A stretch of DNA of 63,711 nt, the filler included, from Octopus bimaculoides (Eukaryota): the NCBI RefSeq assembly GCF_001194135.2. It is 3 parts of 3 records of this genome, joined end to end, with 100 filler letters (N's around TTAATTAATTAA, not from the genome) between each part and the next. Parts side by side here need not be neighbours in the genome. Positions count along the whole stretch, not along the records: positions 1 to 26,918 come from NC_068981.1; positions 27,019 to 53,183 come from NC_068988.1; 1 more part is not named here. The stretch is one strand, 5' to 3'. A model generated the notes under the pieces. That model saw nothing but the letters and a program-made list of their open reading frames with translations. It was not told where the DNA came from and made no database searches. This document shows, one piece after another, positions 23,010 to 34,749 of this stretch; position 1 is the first letter of the stretch; each line of letters opens with the position of its first letter. The translations under genes were made by a program, and so were the position numbers.

Positions 23010-26000
23010 ACAGTAGAGGCATGTCTGCACCAGTGTGCATATGTGTGCATTTGTAATGTATGTATGTTTGTATATCAGAAAATATACCATGATGAAATCA
23101 TTTAAAAGCACCTTAAGTATATACAAACACAGAAAAGTAAAGAGAGTGAGAGGCTTAGTTTGATAGGGGAAAACGAAGTGTGTAGAAAATATAGAAAAGG
23201 CAAGAGAATAACTGATGAACACGCACAACACATGCCCAAACATACACATACAAACCCCGTACGAGCGCACGCATACATGCACGCACATGTAAACACTGAC
23301 AGGAAGGCAAAGAAAAGGAGATGAATCTAGAGAGAGAAAAAAAAACGTAGAAAGAACGAATCAATGTTATGTCAAAATGTACTTTTATACTTTTACAAAG
23401 CAATGTTCAATCTCGTAATGGAAAACTTCGCGAATATCTAAGACTGGAGCCTGTGTTCCTCTCCGTAAGATACTCGACAAGACATAAATTTTCATTCTAC
23501 TGCTCTCGAGGGATTTCCAGGATTCTTTCTCAGCACTTTGCATCTTTAACCAATATATGTACTCATTTATGAATATGCTTTTAGGTTTGTTTTTTGTTAT
23601 ATGTACATGTATATTTTTGAAAACCTACTAAAGCATTTTGAATTCTTGGTGGGGACATTTTCCCCTCTTGGTATTTAATTCATGATCAAGAAAGAAAAAA
23701 ATGTCTATTTAAAAGATTATATTTTCTTCTAAACCACATGTCCTTAATCTTGATCGTAGTTTATGGAATAAATGCAATTTACATACACCAGAATATCCAA
23801 AATTTAAAGCAAGTCATTAGCGGCACAAACGGTCTACATTTGTTTAAACTATATACACAAACAATGATAGTATTTGCTTTCTGAAGATTTATCACTTGAT
23901 CTACATCATTTATTCTCACTACTCCTAGCAATTATGGAGTTGCTTGACTCTAAATAGAACACAAATCTCAGCATCGTTGTCCCCCAGTGTACCGAAATTT
24001 GGTATGTGATCATTTTGAATGACATTTGGCGAAAGCATTTTCAGTGAATTGTATAGTAGCATATTAAATATATGGTTCATGTTATTGATTGGTCATCCGG
24101 TTTAACAATGCCTCTTGGACTCTTGGTCACTTTAGAGTTGTACACTATGTCCCATTCTTCAGGCTCGGCCTACAAATTTGACGCAATGTCCTCCCTTACA
24201 CAGATCTAAACACCCTGAATAACAGCACATCTTTGACTGTGGTGTTTAAAACGAACAAAAGAAGCAAAAATAGGATGTTGATCAAATTAAGTGGAACAAT
24301 TATCGTTATTTTACTGTCAGCAACAAATATTTAAAAGCACAAAAATTTGAATTTTGTATCAGAATTATATGTATTATTCCACCGTTTATGCTCTGTATGT
24401 ATGTGCACGTATGTGTGTGAGCTGTTGCGATGTTTATACATTAATAAGGACATTAACTGGATTTCAAATCCGTTGTTGTCAAGTAAGCGGAAGCATGATA
24501 TAGATAATACAATAAATTTGTGGCTCACGGTGTCCGTCTAATCATTCAGCTGATTACCTTCATGATTCAACTTGACCAGGGACTACACAGCATAAATTCC
24601 TATATTGCAGTTTCAATGAACGGGAAACTCATACACAAACTCATAACGAAATGCTGATAAAGATTTTTTTTTATTTAGTACGAATATTTCATGATTTTAG
24701 GACTGATACTATCTCGTTCTTGCTGTTCTTGTTTTTAGCTCCTGGTCAGCTAAGGTCGAGCAGAAACTTCTTTCGTTTTACCTCTCTTCCTTTTTGTGTG
24801 TGTATGTATTGCGTACAATGTTGTTCTATGCATTATTATTTTGACAATACGGCTTCATTTTATGGAAATTTGGCTGTTATCTCAAGCAGGACGTGTGATT
24901 TCATGAAACGAAGATATTGGTAATTGTGGTGGTCTTGGATTTTCCATGGACAGAATATTTCAACTTGCTCGGCAGTTTTCGCCATACTATTCGTTGAATT
25001 ATTGATCGAAATTCCTTGTCGCATTATTTTGTTTTAACAATAGCGGAAGATTCGCTCTCCTTTTCACCATAGAATTAATGTTAGTGATTGCTTGTTACTC
25101 AGAAATTCTTTTAATCCCTAGTCAAATCTTCTTTTAAACATTACCAACTGCATGTAAGGGAAATTAACATCTGTTTAAAAGGAAATAAAAGTCAATGACA
25201 TGTTTGATGAGATGCCAGTCTCAGTGGAAGCTGTGCAAGCACTTGTTGATACTGTTTGTTCACATGCATCATTGATTTGTGCGTGTAGTGTTTTATTTCT
25301 ATTGCAAACCATACTTTTTCTAACAAGCCTCTTCATGTGGATCACAAACCAATTATGTCTCTTCATACACATGCAAACACAACACAAATGTTGATAAATC
25401 ATTGAAAAGAAATAATAATATAAATGAAATCGAATACATTAAATTGTGATGGTTTTTTTTCTCGTTTTCTTCTTATTTACTTTTATGGTAGCAATTTTGC
25501 CACTGACTGGATTGTTTAGTCACTGAATAAAACAAATGACAAGGTCAAAAAATTAACGATACACTTTTCCAAAATATCTTCCTCGTTGAAATACAAGAAC
25601 AACTCAACCATGAAACTTAGACTGGAATTGTATCTCAGGGAGACGTTTGCCAAGTCCGGATGTCTCACACTTTATTATCGCATTAGTGCCCGTGTCATAC
25701 GATCAAAATGCGTGTCTCTCACAAGACACACTGATCTAACTTTAGACTAGTGCATCAAATACCACGGATGAGTAAAGTATGCTATTGTAAATAGCTGAAA
25801 CAAGAAAATATTACAATGAGGGAGTTTGTAGGAGATTGATACACACTACTTCAACCAGCAGCCTAATCACATTCAGATTCTGTTATGTTTTATAAAAACG
25901 AAGGGCGTTTAAACAAAAATAATCTGGAGTACAGTATACTTAGAAAAGATACACAGTATTTCATCATAGGTTTCTTAAACATATGTTGTCTAAATGCTAA

Positions 26001-26122
26001 ATGCTAATACCAATTTCCACGAGTTTCCCCGCGTCCAAATGTTCAGTAAGAACTTACAGCTAAATAATATGATCGCAACATTTTGTAGCAGAAAACTAAG
26101 GATACATGAAATAACCAATTAC

Positions 26123-26918
26123 TATCAGGTCGAACCGAAAGCTTATTTTACTTTATCTCAATAAAAAGCAATGCAGTCAATCAAAATGTGCAGCTAAATT
26201 ATCAACAAAATTTTGTCATTTTCTTGGTACTTTATTTATGCCAGCAGCGAAGAATTCTGGAGAGTACGAGGTGATGACATCACGAAACACTGTTCTTGCA
26301 TCTTCAGACTTGAAATTTGTTTCCTTGCAAAAAGTTGCCTAATGCCTGAAAAATGTTATAGTCAGTTAGTAGAAGGTCTGATGAATATAGTTAATGACAA
26401 AGTAATTCTGAGTTCAGTTCCTGTAACTTGAGTAGCGTTCTTCGTGCATCATATGGCCGAGCACTGTCTTGCAAGAGAACTGGCTTGTCTCTTCTGATCA
26501 ATCTCGGCTGTTAAATTACAAGTTCACTCATCATTTTTTCATTGCAGGTAACAATACGATGCAAAAATTGTTTTATGCCGTGACAGCAAAGAACAAATTT
26601 CAAAATATGCCATTCGATGCTCGTTCAGTTCATGTGGTACCCACTTGTCCAGCTTCTTTACCTTGCCGATTTGTTTCAGATGGTCCAATGCAGTGGGAAT
26701 CGAAACATCAAACTTTGCTGCTAAGGCACGCGTAGTTTGAGATGTATCCACCTCCACTACAGTTTCCAGCTCATCATTATTCACCTTGGTCTCAGGTCTA
26801 TCACGCGGCTGATTTTCAAGAGTAAAGTTACCGGACCGGAACTTCTCAGACCATCGACGTACAATGCGCTCATTTGCCACATCTTCATCAAACACCTCAG
26901 TCATGTTTCGAGCTGTCT
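26123..26918 (-). mobile_element. Degraded DD34D mariner (WVPHEL type), 5' end lost in a gap, internal deletion
   Basis: KLDKWVPHEL in ORF 26539-26904. Further minus-strand peptides LLQDSARPY (about LHDNARPH) and YSSDLLLTDYNIFQALGNFLQG (about YSPDLAPTDY). TIR-like TATCAGGTCGAACCGAAAG at 26123. Confidence 0.9.
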
Positions 26919-27018
26919 NNNNNNNNNNNNNNNNNNNNNNNNNNNNNNNNNNNNNNNNNNNNTTAATTAATTAANNNNNNNNNNNNNNNNNNNNNNNNNN
27001 NNNNNNNNNNNNNNNNNN
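26919..27018. other. Artificial 100-bp scaffold linker, 44N-TTAATTAATTAA-44N
   Basis: Identical construct at 53184-53283. The palindromic 12-mer has TAA in all six frames. Confidence 0.9.
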
Positions 27019-27149
27019 TACACACACAGATACGCACAGCGTAATTTATTATATAAACAATATATGCGTATAAATTACGATTAAACCGGATGAAATATGT
27101 CAGGGGAATAACATTTTTCTTACCGCTCAAAAGCTACTGTTTCGAAAAC

Positions 27150-27345
27150 AGCAGTAACTGTATTCAGCTGAATAGACGTCAGTGATTGGTTGAAATTACA
27201 GAAATACAACAACTTTAACATGAAATAACTTGCGATGTACAAAATTTTGTTAAGAAGGTTAAAAGAAGTTGTTTTATATGACACATTCTACCAGTGTCCC
27301 AAGTTTGAAAGTGTTTCGTTAAGAAAACAAATTTTGCCCGTCAAA
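27150..27345. mobile_element. Truncated right half of the Merlin-like MITE seen at 62007-62732
   Basis: Near-identical to 62520-62725, ending TTGCCCGTCAAA with an incomplete TIR. Confidence 0.88.
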
Positions 27346-27433
27346 TCACACTTTTACTGTTTTGAAAATCAGAACATGTTTACAACAGTTTTTTTTTTTT
27401 CATAAGACTGACAGAGGTAGTTGAGGTGTTAAG

Positions 27434-27489
27434 AGCTGCTGATGAGGATTAAAATGGTCTCCATCAAAATCCGAAATCGCAATCTATGC
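27434..27489 (+). ncRNA. Candidate type I hammerhead ribozyme with canonical core
   Basis: CUGAUGA (27439-45), GGAUU...AUGG(UCU)CCAU...AAUCC, GAAA (27473-76), UCGCA, AUC (27482-84). Stem I is weak and bulged. Confidence 0.6.
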
Positions 27490-27784
27490 ATGCTGGGAAC
27501 TTACTTCCCTTTGTCAGTTGTTAAGATAGCAATTGTGTGGCGTTTGATGTATTTTAATTCTTATCTTTAGCAAAAATGGTGCTAGCCACTGCCCTCTGTC
27601 ACTAAATTACCCAAATTCCCCAACTTTAATTTCAGATAACATCAGATTCTTTAATTTACGAGATAAAGTAATTCGTTGATCGAAATCAATATTCAGAGTT
27701 GCATCGATACACCAAAATTGAAAGCAATCTGAGTAAAATTAAAAGGGGCTCATTTTGCGAATAAGAAAGACTAGATCCCAATTC

Positions 27785-28490
27785 CGCCCACAAGGCTTCA
27801 GTCAGCCCATGGCTATAATAAAAGACACTTGCCCAAAGTACCATGCAGTGGGACTGAACCCAGAAACATGCGGTTGAGAAGCAAACTTCTTACCACCAAA
27901 TTTCTTTTGTTGAATAAAGGACAGATTCAGGTGATGTGAACAAAGAAAATGTCAGAGGGCTTCCTGCATAGGAAGGATCACTCAACATGACAGCAACAAC
28001 ACCTTAATTATTTTTGTGAGCAAATGGGACTTAGCAGGAGCAGTTGGGGTGTGGAAGGGGCAGGCAAAGACTGCAACCAGCCATGAATGAAGCTGGGTGG
28101 TTTTCAAACAGGATAATAACAGGTCATCAAAAGGTTGAGAGATGTGAAGTATTTTATTATTTGGAAAGATGTAGCAGCAGAAGCCAGCTTTGGCTGATGT
28201 CAGTCATTAGACTGTGACCAGACTGGAGCACTATCATTAAAGTGTTTTAATTAATTATATCAACCCAGTGGCTTCCTTAGGCGCCTGTTTTTGCCATCTT
28301 CATTTCTTTTATCCTTTGTCTTTAACTTGTTTCAGTCACTGGAAACAAATCAACCTCAGTACATTTTTACCCATTTTTTTTTTTTAAATCTGAACTACTA
28401 AATTAGAGGACATAAACAAACCAACATCAGTTGTCAAGTGGTGATGGGAAAAGCACAGACACACACACACACACACACACATAGTTACAT

Positions 28491-28522
<32 letters not shown>

Positions 28523-29050
28523 TTCTGTCAATCTATCTAGCATGGCTGTGTGGTAAGAAGTTTGCTTCCCAACCACGTAATTCTCAGGTTCAGTCCCACT
28601 GCATGGCACCTTGGGATTATTGTCGTTGTCTGTGAATGAATGTTTATATCTTATGCTTCACATTAAAAAGCTTTAAACTAGAAACATTGAAGTTTATTGT
28701 CGTTCCCTTTCAACGAATCATCTGCTAGGTTAGCATCTCCAAAGACATGTGGAATAAAAAATCCCTGAGCTGAACCACGGGTAAAGGTTAGTGGCAAAAC
28801 GGGCCTTTATGAAATTTCTATTTGCCAAAACCCATACTCGTCTGGTAAAATGGACAGAAAATCCTTTGTAATATGTTTTGGTAAACTCAAGGCAGCAAAA
28901 TGCTTAGTTGCATTTCGTCCATCTTTGTGTTCTGAGTTCAAATTCCACCAAGGTGGATTTTGCCTTTCATCTTAAAATAAGAACCAGCTGAATATTGACT
29001 TACCACCCCTCCCCTGAAATAGCTGGCTTTGCGCCAAAATTTGAAATCAA
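27785..29050. mobile_element. SINE-B fragments (27785-27900 -, 28190-28460 -, 28540-28625 +) and SINE-A (28885-29050 +)
   Basis: Family motifs. Confidence 0.82.
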
Positions 29051-29539
29051 TATTACAACACATCTTACTAATATGAAGAATGTAAGAAGAATATTGAAAC
29101 AGAATTCTATACAGATTCAGCATCAAGTCAACTGATCAGATGACATTATGTAGCGTTGATAAAACCACATTTCCTTGACTTAATAAATAAGGTTTTTAAA
29201 TATGATGAGGCCATTTTACTCTTCTTTTAATCCCCACCCCATCCAACTCTTCATTTAATAAATTATTTTATGCTGCCATTTAAACATGACATTTGTTTCA
29301 TAAAATAGTCTTCAAAACTTGTCCTAATCACAGTAATTCGACATCTCCTTCTTCTATTCCCGTTTTCCATTTTTTTGTTTTCCAGGTCACATGATACAGC
29401 TAAGCCAATCATAATGGAGAAGCAAATGAGAAAATTTCACTATATCAGTTTCTCCTCACAACCCTTACTTCTGAACCTGGTCTGGTCTGCAAACAGAAAT
29501 CATCTGGCTGATGTCTCCATTGAGATATAATACAATGGG

Positions 29540-30400
29540 TTGTAGGAAAGTTTGCCACAAATGTTTTTACCGCAGGAAAATTTGCCTCGGGATTTGGGGC
29601 CAGAGGAAAGTTTGCTGCATAGGAAATTTTGCCACAAAGCAAAAGATGAATTCCTCTCTTGGCATATAATTGTTTCAAGGGGTAAAGTAATTTCTTAACT
29701 CATTTAAAATTTTTACCACACAAAAAAATTTTGCAGAACGAATAAAGAAATTTGAAATGAGTTAAGAAATTGCTTTACTCCACCATATTGGTTGAAACAA
29801 TTATATGCCAAAGTGAGCAATTCACCTTTTGTCATGCGGCAAAATTGTCTTGCGACAAAGGTGGCGAGCTGGCAGAAACGTTAGCACACTGGGTGAAATA
29901 CTTAGCAGTATTTCGTCTGCTGTTACGTTCTGAGTTCAAATTCCGCCGAGGTCGACTTTGCTTTTCATCCTTTCAGGGTCAATAAATTAAGTACCAGTTA
30001 CACACTGGGGTCGATGTAATCAACTTAATCCCTTTGTCTGTCCTTGTTTGTCCCCTCTATGTTTAGCCCCCTGTGGGCAATAAAGAAATAAGAAATGTTA
30101 GCACGCCGGGCAAAATGCTTAGCGGTATTTCACCCGTCGCTATGTTCTGAGTTCAAATTCCACTAAGGTCAACTTTGCCTTTCATCTTTTCGGGGTCAAT
30201 AAATTAAGTACCAGTTACCTACTAGTAGCAATCTAATCGACTGGCTCTCTCCCGCAAAATTTCAGGCCTTGTGCCTAGAGTAGAAAAAAAAAAAATTTGT
30301 GTTGTGGCAAAATCTCCTATGCAGTGAACTTTGCTCTGACCCAAAATCCTGAGACGAATTTTCCAGCGACAAAAATGTTTGCGACAAACTTTCCAGATAC
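29540..30400. mobile_element. Fold-back MITE with internally repetitive long TIRs, interrupted by two SINE-A copies (29860-30290)
   Basis: 29540-29640 is the reverse-complement homologue of 30298-30398, with GGAAA(A/G)TTT(G/C) subrepeats. TTGGCATATAATTGTTTCAA (about 29660) pairs with TTGAAACAATTATATGCCAA (about 29791). Confidence 0.8.
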
Positions 30401-30429
30401 GAATATAATAGTTATATTATATATCGTAC

Positions 30430-31979
30430 CTCAAATCTCTCAACTGGCACAAGGCCACACCCACTCAATACAACTCACCCCTCCAGATGAGAGGTTTTTA
30501 TCTGGTAAGGAATGTGGTGACCCTGTCAGTGCTGGTACCCCATGAAAATAACTGGTGATGGTGCCACACGAAACATACCCAGTCCACTCTGTAAAGTTGT
30601 TGGTGTTAGGAAGGGCAACATCTGCTGCAATTTGTTGTTTAAAACTGCTTCAAAGGATACGAAAATGTTTTTTTTTTAGCTGACAGTTTTCAAAACAGTC
30701 AGTTGAAACACAAGCAAAAGTTAATGATATTGCATACAAGTTTATGATTAACTCTAGACTGAATGTTTAATCATGTATGATCGTGATTAATCTTGGTTTC
30801 TCATTAATTAAGTCAGGTGCACTTTATTTTAGCCTATTTTTTCTTTTGCTCAGCAATTAAGATTTACTATGGACCACAGACAAAAGCAGGCGAGCCATCA
30901 TCACTACTACGGACACCACCACCACCTTCCGTATCTTTGTTATCAGCAGCACAATAACATCTTTATGTGACCATTCTTAATTTGTGTGTCTTTAATCATT
31001 TTTCTGCTATTGCCTGCTTTGGCATGGTTTCTACAGCTGGATACCCTTCCCCATGCCAACCACTTTACAAAATATACTGGGCACTTTTTATGCGGCACCA
31101 GCACCAGTGAGGTAACCAAATAGCTTGCAAGACAAAGATTCTTCAACTTGGATGGGGAGCAGTGTTGTAGGAGGTGGCTCTGTGCCAGTTGATGAGCGGT
31201 TCAAGTATAATAGAAGGATAGAGGTGAGTGCCTTGCTGTAGAGGCGATACAAGGCTACCCCAGTTGGGAGAGAGAGGCAAATGATGATGGTAAACATGAG
31301 CCAGGGCGAAAGAAGATATAAAACACTAGTGTCTCTCATTAATTTCTCTTCTTTCAGCTTTTCCTTTCAAAAGGATTTTGAAACACTGGGTTTTCCAATC
31401 CTCACAGCAAGTTCATTGAACTCTTTTTTTGTCAGTTGTATTAAATAATATAAATCTTGCTGGTGTGACCGACACCAGTCGAGTTGAAGTCTGTATGACC
31501 ATACATATAAATATTACCTGGGTGTGTCCTCTTTCCAGCTTTCAATAAAAGTATAAGCTTTATATTAAAATCTGTTTTATTTTTTCACATTCATTTATAT
31601 AACCTGCCGTACACTGCATGCCTTACACACACACAACACATACACACACATACGCACATACACATGCTATTATTACACACACACAGACCTGCGTGCATGC
31701 ACATACACACACATACCTCCTTTTACACTCTCCTGTCTTAGAAAGAACTTTTTCTCCACCCGTTCCCTTCCGGTCATTTCAAAATGTAACCACATGTGAA
31801 TCGTTGGCGATTTTCTTCCTCCGTCTTCCCTTCCTTTGGACTTTCCTCCATTTCTGAAGAAGAGCTTGGCTCGAAACGTTAAATCCTCTTTCCTTCCTTT
31901 CCTGAACGTCTGATAACATATTACTTGTACCACGTCCTTGCGTTGTTGCTTTTTCATGTTTGTTCTTCTTTGATTGGAT

Positions 31980-32018
<39 letters not shown>

Positions 32019-32420
32019 TTGTCATCATCATTGTTTAATATCCAAGGCTACTGGGTCTGTTTTGGCAGGGATTTTACAGCTGGATGCCCTTCCTAACACC
32101 AACCACTCTGCAGAGTGGACTCAGTGCTTTTAACATGGCACTAGCACAGGCAAGGTTTGTTTTGGCATGATGTTTATAGCTGGATGCCCTTCCAAAACGC
32201 CAGTCACATTACAGTGTGGACTGAATGCTTTTAACATGACACCAGCACTGCACTGGTAGGGTAGCCAAATAACTCACAAGACAAGGAATTATGAGAGGGG
32301 CAGGGGCATTTGAGGAGGGGACTTGTGTCAGAGGATGACAGGTTAGAGTGTGACAAAGAGACAGAGAGACAGAAGCAGTGATACAGTGAGCAAGGCAGTG
32401 AGGGCAAGAAAGGGGATTGG
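30430..32420. mobile_element. RTE-LINE-tail-related repeat (family D) fragments at 30430-30620, 31020-31320 and 32020-32420
   Basis: Shared motif TTTCTACAGCTGGATGCCCTTCCTAA(C/T)GCCAACCAC, also at about 37550, 44200 and, reversed, 51500. Confidence 0.75.
31850..31884 (+). ncRNA. Minimal type I hammerhead ribozyme with intact core, in a solo PLE-type terminal repeat (about 31780-31985)
   Basis: AUUU-CUGAAGA-A-GAGC(UUG)GCUC-GAAA-C-GUU-AAAU. All stems pair, stem III is the palindrome ACGU and the triplet is GUU. Confidence 0.8.
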
Positions 32421-32522
32421 AAGACATTCATAGTTTATGAAGAGGAAATGTGTTTGTGTGTATGTTTGCATGAATGTGTGTGTGTATACATTCATATTTC
32501 CATTCAATATATGATTATCCAA

Positions 32523-32760
32523 AGGGTGGTGAGCTGGCAGAATCATTAGCACACCGGGCAAAATGCTTAATAGTATTTTGTCTGCTGTTATGTTCTGAGT
32601 TCAAATTCTGTTGAGGTCAACTTTGCCTTTCATCCTTTCGGGGGTCAATTAAATAAGTACCAGCTACACACTGAGGTTGATGTGATTGACTTAATCTCTT
32701 TGTCTGTCCTTGTTTGTCCCCTCTATGTTTAGCCCCCTGTGGGCAATAAAGAAATAAATA
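32523..32760 (+). mobile_element. SINE-A, long-tail variant
   Basis: GGTGGTGAGCTGGCAGAATC...GGGCAATAAAGAAATA. Confidence 0.92.
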
Positions 32761-33126
32761 TATGGTTATCAGTGCTTGTTTTGCTGAATGTTTTTAGTCC
32801 TTAAGAGTTGGTTATGGGCCATAATAGGACCCAAATGTAACAGGAGCAGTGACTCCATGTACAAGCAGTTCTCTATCTGAATAAATTGAATAGCAAACAA
32901 ATTTTTGGAACAAAATTTGTTTAGTGAACAATGAGTAGACGTGGTACATATATGAATGGCTGGGAATCCATTCACTTAGCAAGATGAAATTTGTATGACA
33001 AATCATAAGCAGTCTAGACACGTATAAAAGTGACTGGGACAGCATATGCAAATGGTGTACTAAATAAGTACACTGCATAGTGAACAGGTTATCAAAAGAA
33101 AATTATATTCAACCAATGAGTTGAAA

Positions 33127-33395
33127 TTATTATTATTATTATTGTTGTTGTTGTTATTATTGTTATTGTTCAGGTCACTGCTTGGAATCAAACTCGGAAT
33201 CTTGGGGTTACTCTTAACCACTACACTATATGCCTTTCATCCTTTCAGGGGGTCAATGAAATAAGTGCCAGGTTTGAAATTTCCCCAAGACACCTGAAGA
33301 AGGCTGGAGGGTATATCAGCCAAAACGTTGTGTTAACAACAAACAAGATGAGGACAAATATCCATCAAATGTAAATAATGTAAATAATATAGATT
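33127..33395. mobile_element. Rearranged Penelope pLTR remnant: tRNA-like cassette (-), SINE-A fragment, hammerhead segment (+)
   Basis: 33271-33380 matches the reverse complement of 1560-1685. Its HHR at 33289-33334 reads CAGCC-AAAAC, so G12 is A. 33170-33234 matches 1725-1770 with a 10-nt deletion. Confidence 0.88.
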
Positions 33396-34489
33396 ATTCT
33401 TATGTTCATATATTTTAGTTATTCATGTAACAAGCAACTTGGTTAACAAACAGAATAGATTATGGTTATTGTATAGAGACATTCCAGTGTAGTTATTTAG
33501 TTTTTTTTTTTTATTCTGTTTTGTTTTTTGTTGGTAAAAAAACTACAAACTGTTGTAAGACTGTAGCATTTACCATGATATTGTTAATATTTTTTCGCAG
33601 TAAATATTGTCAACCAATATTTACATCTTCTCATCCTTTCCACTCTTAACTCAGTCGAACATTGAAGATTTGATAACTGGATGGAGAATGGGGGCCTACA
33701 CCAGCGCTGGACTGATATTTGCAGTGAAACCTTTCATTCATTTCTGAAAGCCATTTGTCACCCAAAATATTTGTAAACCAAAGTAATTTTTTTTCCCATA
33801 GAAAATTCAAAACAAGGCATGGCAAATTCCAGCAGGAATGTGCAATGAGTGAAAGCTAGGCACCAACTTATGACCTCTGGCTGATGCTTCCCAGCTTGTT
33901 GCCATTTGTTGCATGTACGTTACCCAAGACATTTTACATTTTATGTTTGAAAAATTGTTCACAAACCGATTTGTTCATAAACTGAGATTCTACTGTATTT
34001 TCATTGAATGTACTAGAACAATATGAAATGAAATGTCTTGCCGGAGAACACAACACACTGCACATAATGATCATGAGCCTAATGCATGACTTATCAAGCT
34101 AAACTAGGCCACACACTTTTATCTTTTGTTGGTGCTTTCTACAATAACTCTTAACTTAGCTGTTTCTATATTTGAAAATAATTTTTTACAACTTCCATTT
34201 CAGAATATTTTTTTCTGTTTATTCATGTTATCTTCAGTGTCAGCTGCTGTTTTCTTTTGCAGCTAGGCTATGACATATGCTTTGCCTTGCTTATTTACTG
34301 ACCTCCTTTTTGTGTGTCATGGAAACTTTGAGACTATTTTTGAATTTTGACACATTTGCATCAAATTTCAATCTCAGTTGAATAATAAGAGTTTGCAGCT
34401 GTAAGAAAAGAAGACAGCAAAATTACTTTATAGTCACATTAGGGGCCACTTAGCTGTCAAATCAGCAAAAGAGACAAAAATCTTTTCCA

Positions 34490-34690
34490 TAGGTGTAGTC
34501 GTGGCTGTGTGGTAAGAAGCGTGCTTCCCGACCACATGGTTCCGAGTTCAGTCCTACTGCATGGTAACTTGGGCAAATGTCTTCTACTATAGCATTGGGC
34601 CAACCAAAGCCCACCCCCACCATCACTTGACAATTGATGTTGGTGTGTTTCTGTCATGCTGACTTAGCAGTTCAGCAAAAGAGAGTCTAA
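34490..34690 (+). mobile_element. SINE-B, internally deleted
   Basis: GGCTGTGTGGTAAGAAGCG...TTGGGCAAATGTCTTCTACTATAGC. Confidence 0.88.
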
Positions 34691-34749
34691 GGCTGTGTGG
34701 GAAGATGAATGGATGCATAACATCACCATCACTAGTGATCACACGAAAC

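Noticed and set aside
23401-23464. Possible 64-nt exon (TTTTACAAAG|...CTCC|GTAAGA; NVQSRNGKLREYLRLEPVFLS)
   Set aside because: The splice-like signals are plausible, but I recognise no protein family and see no partner exons. It would need RNA-seq support.
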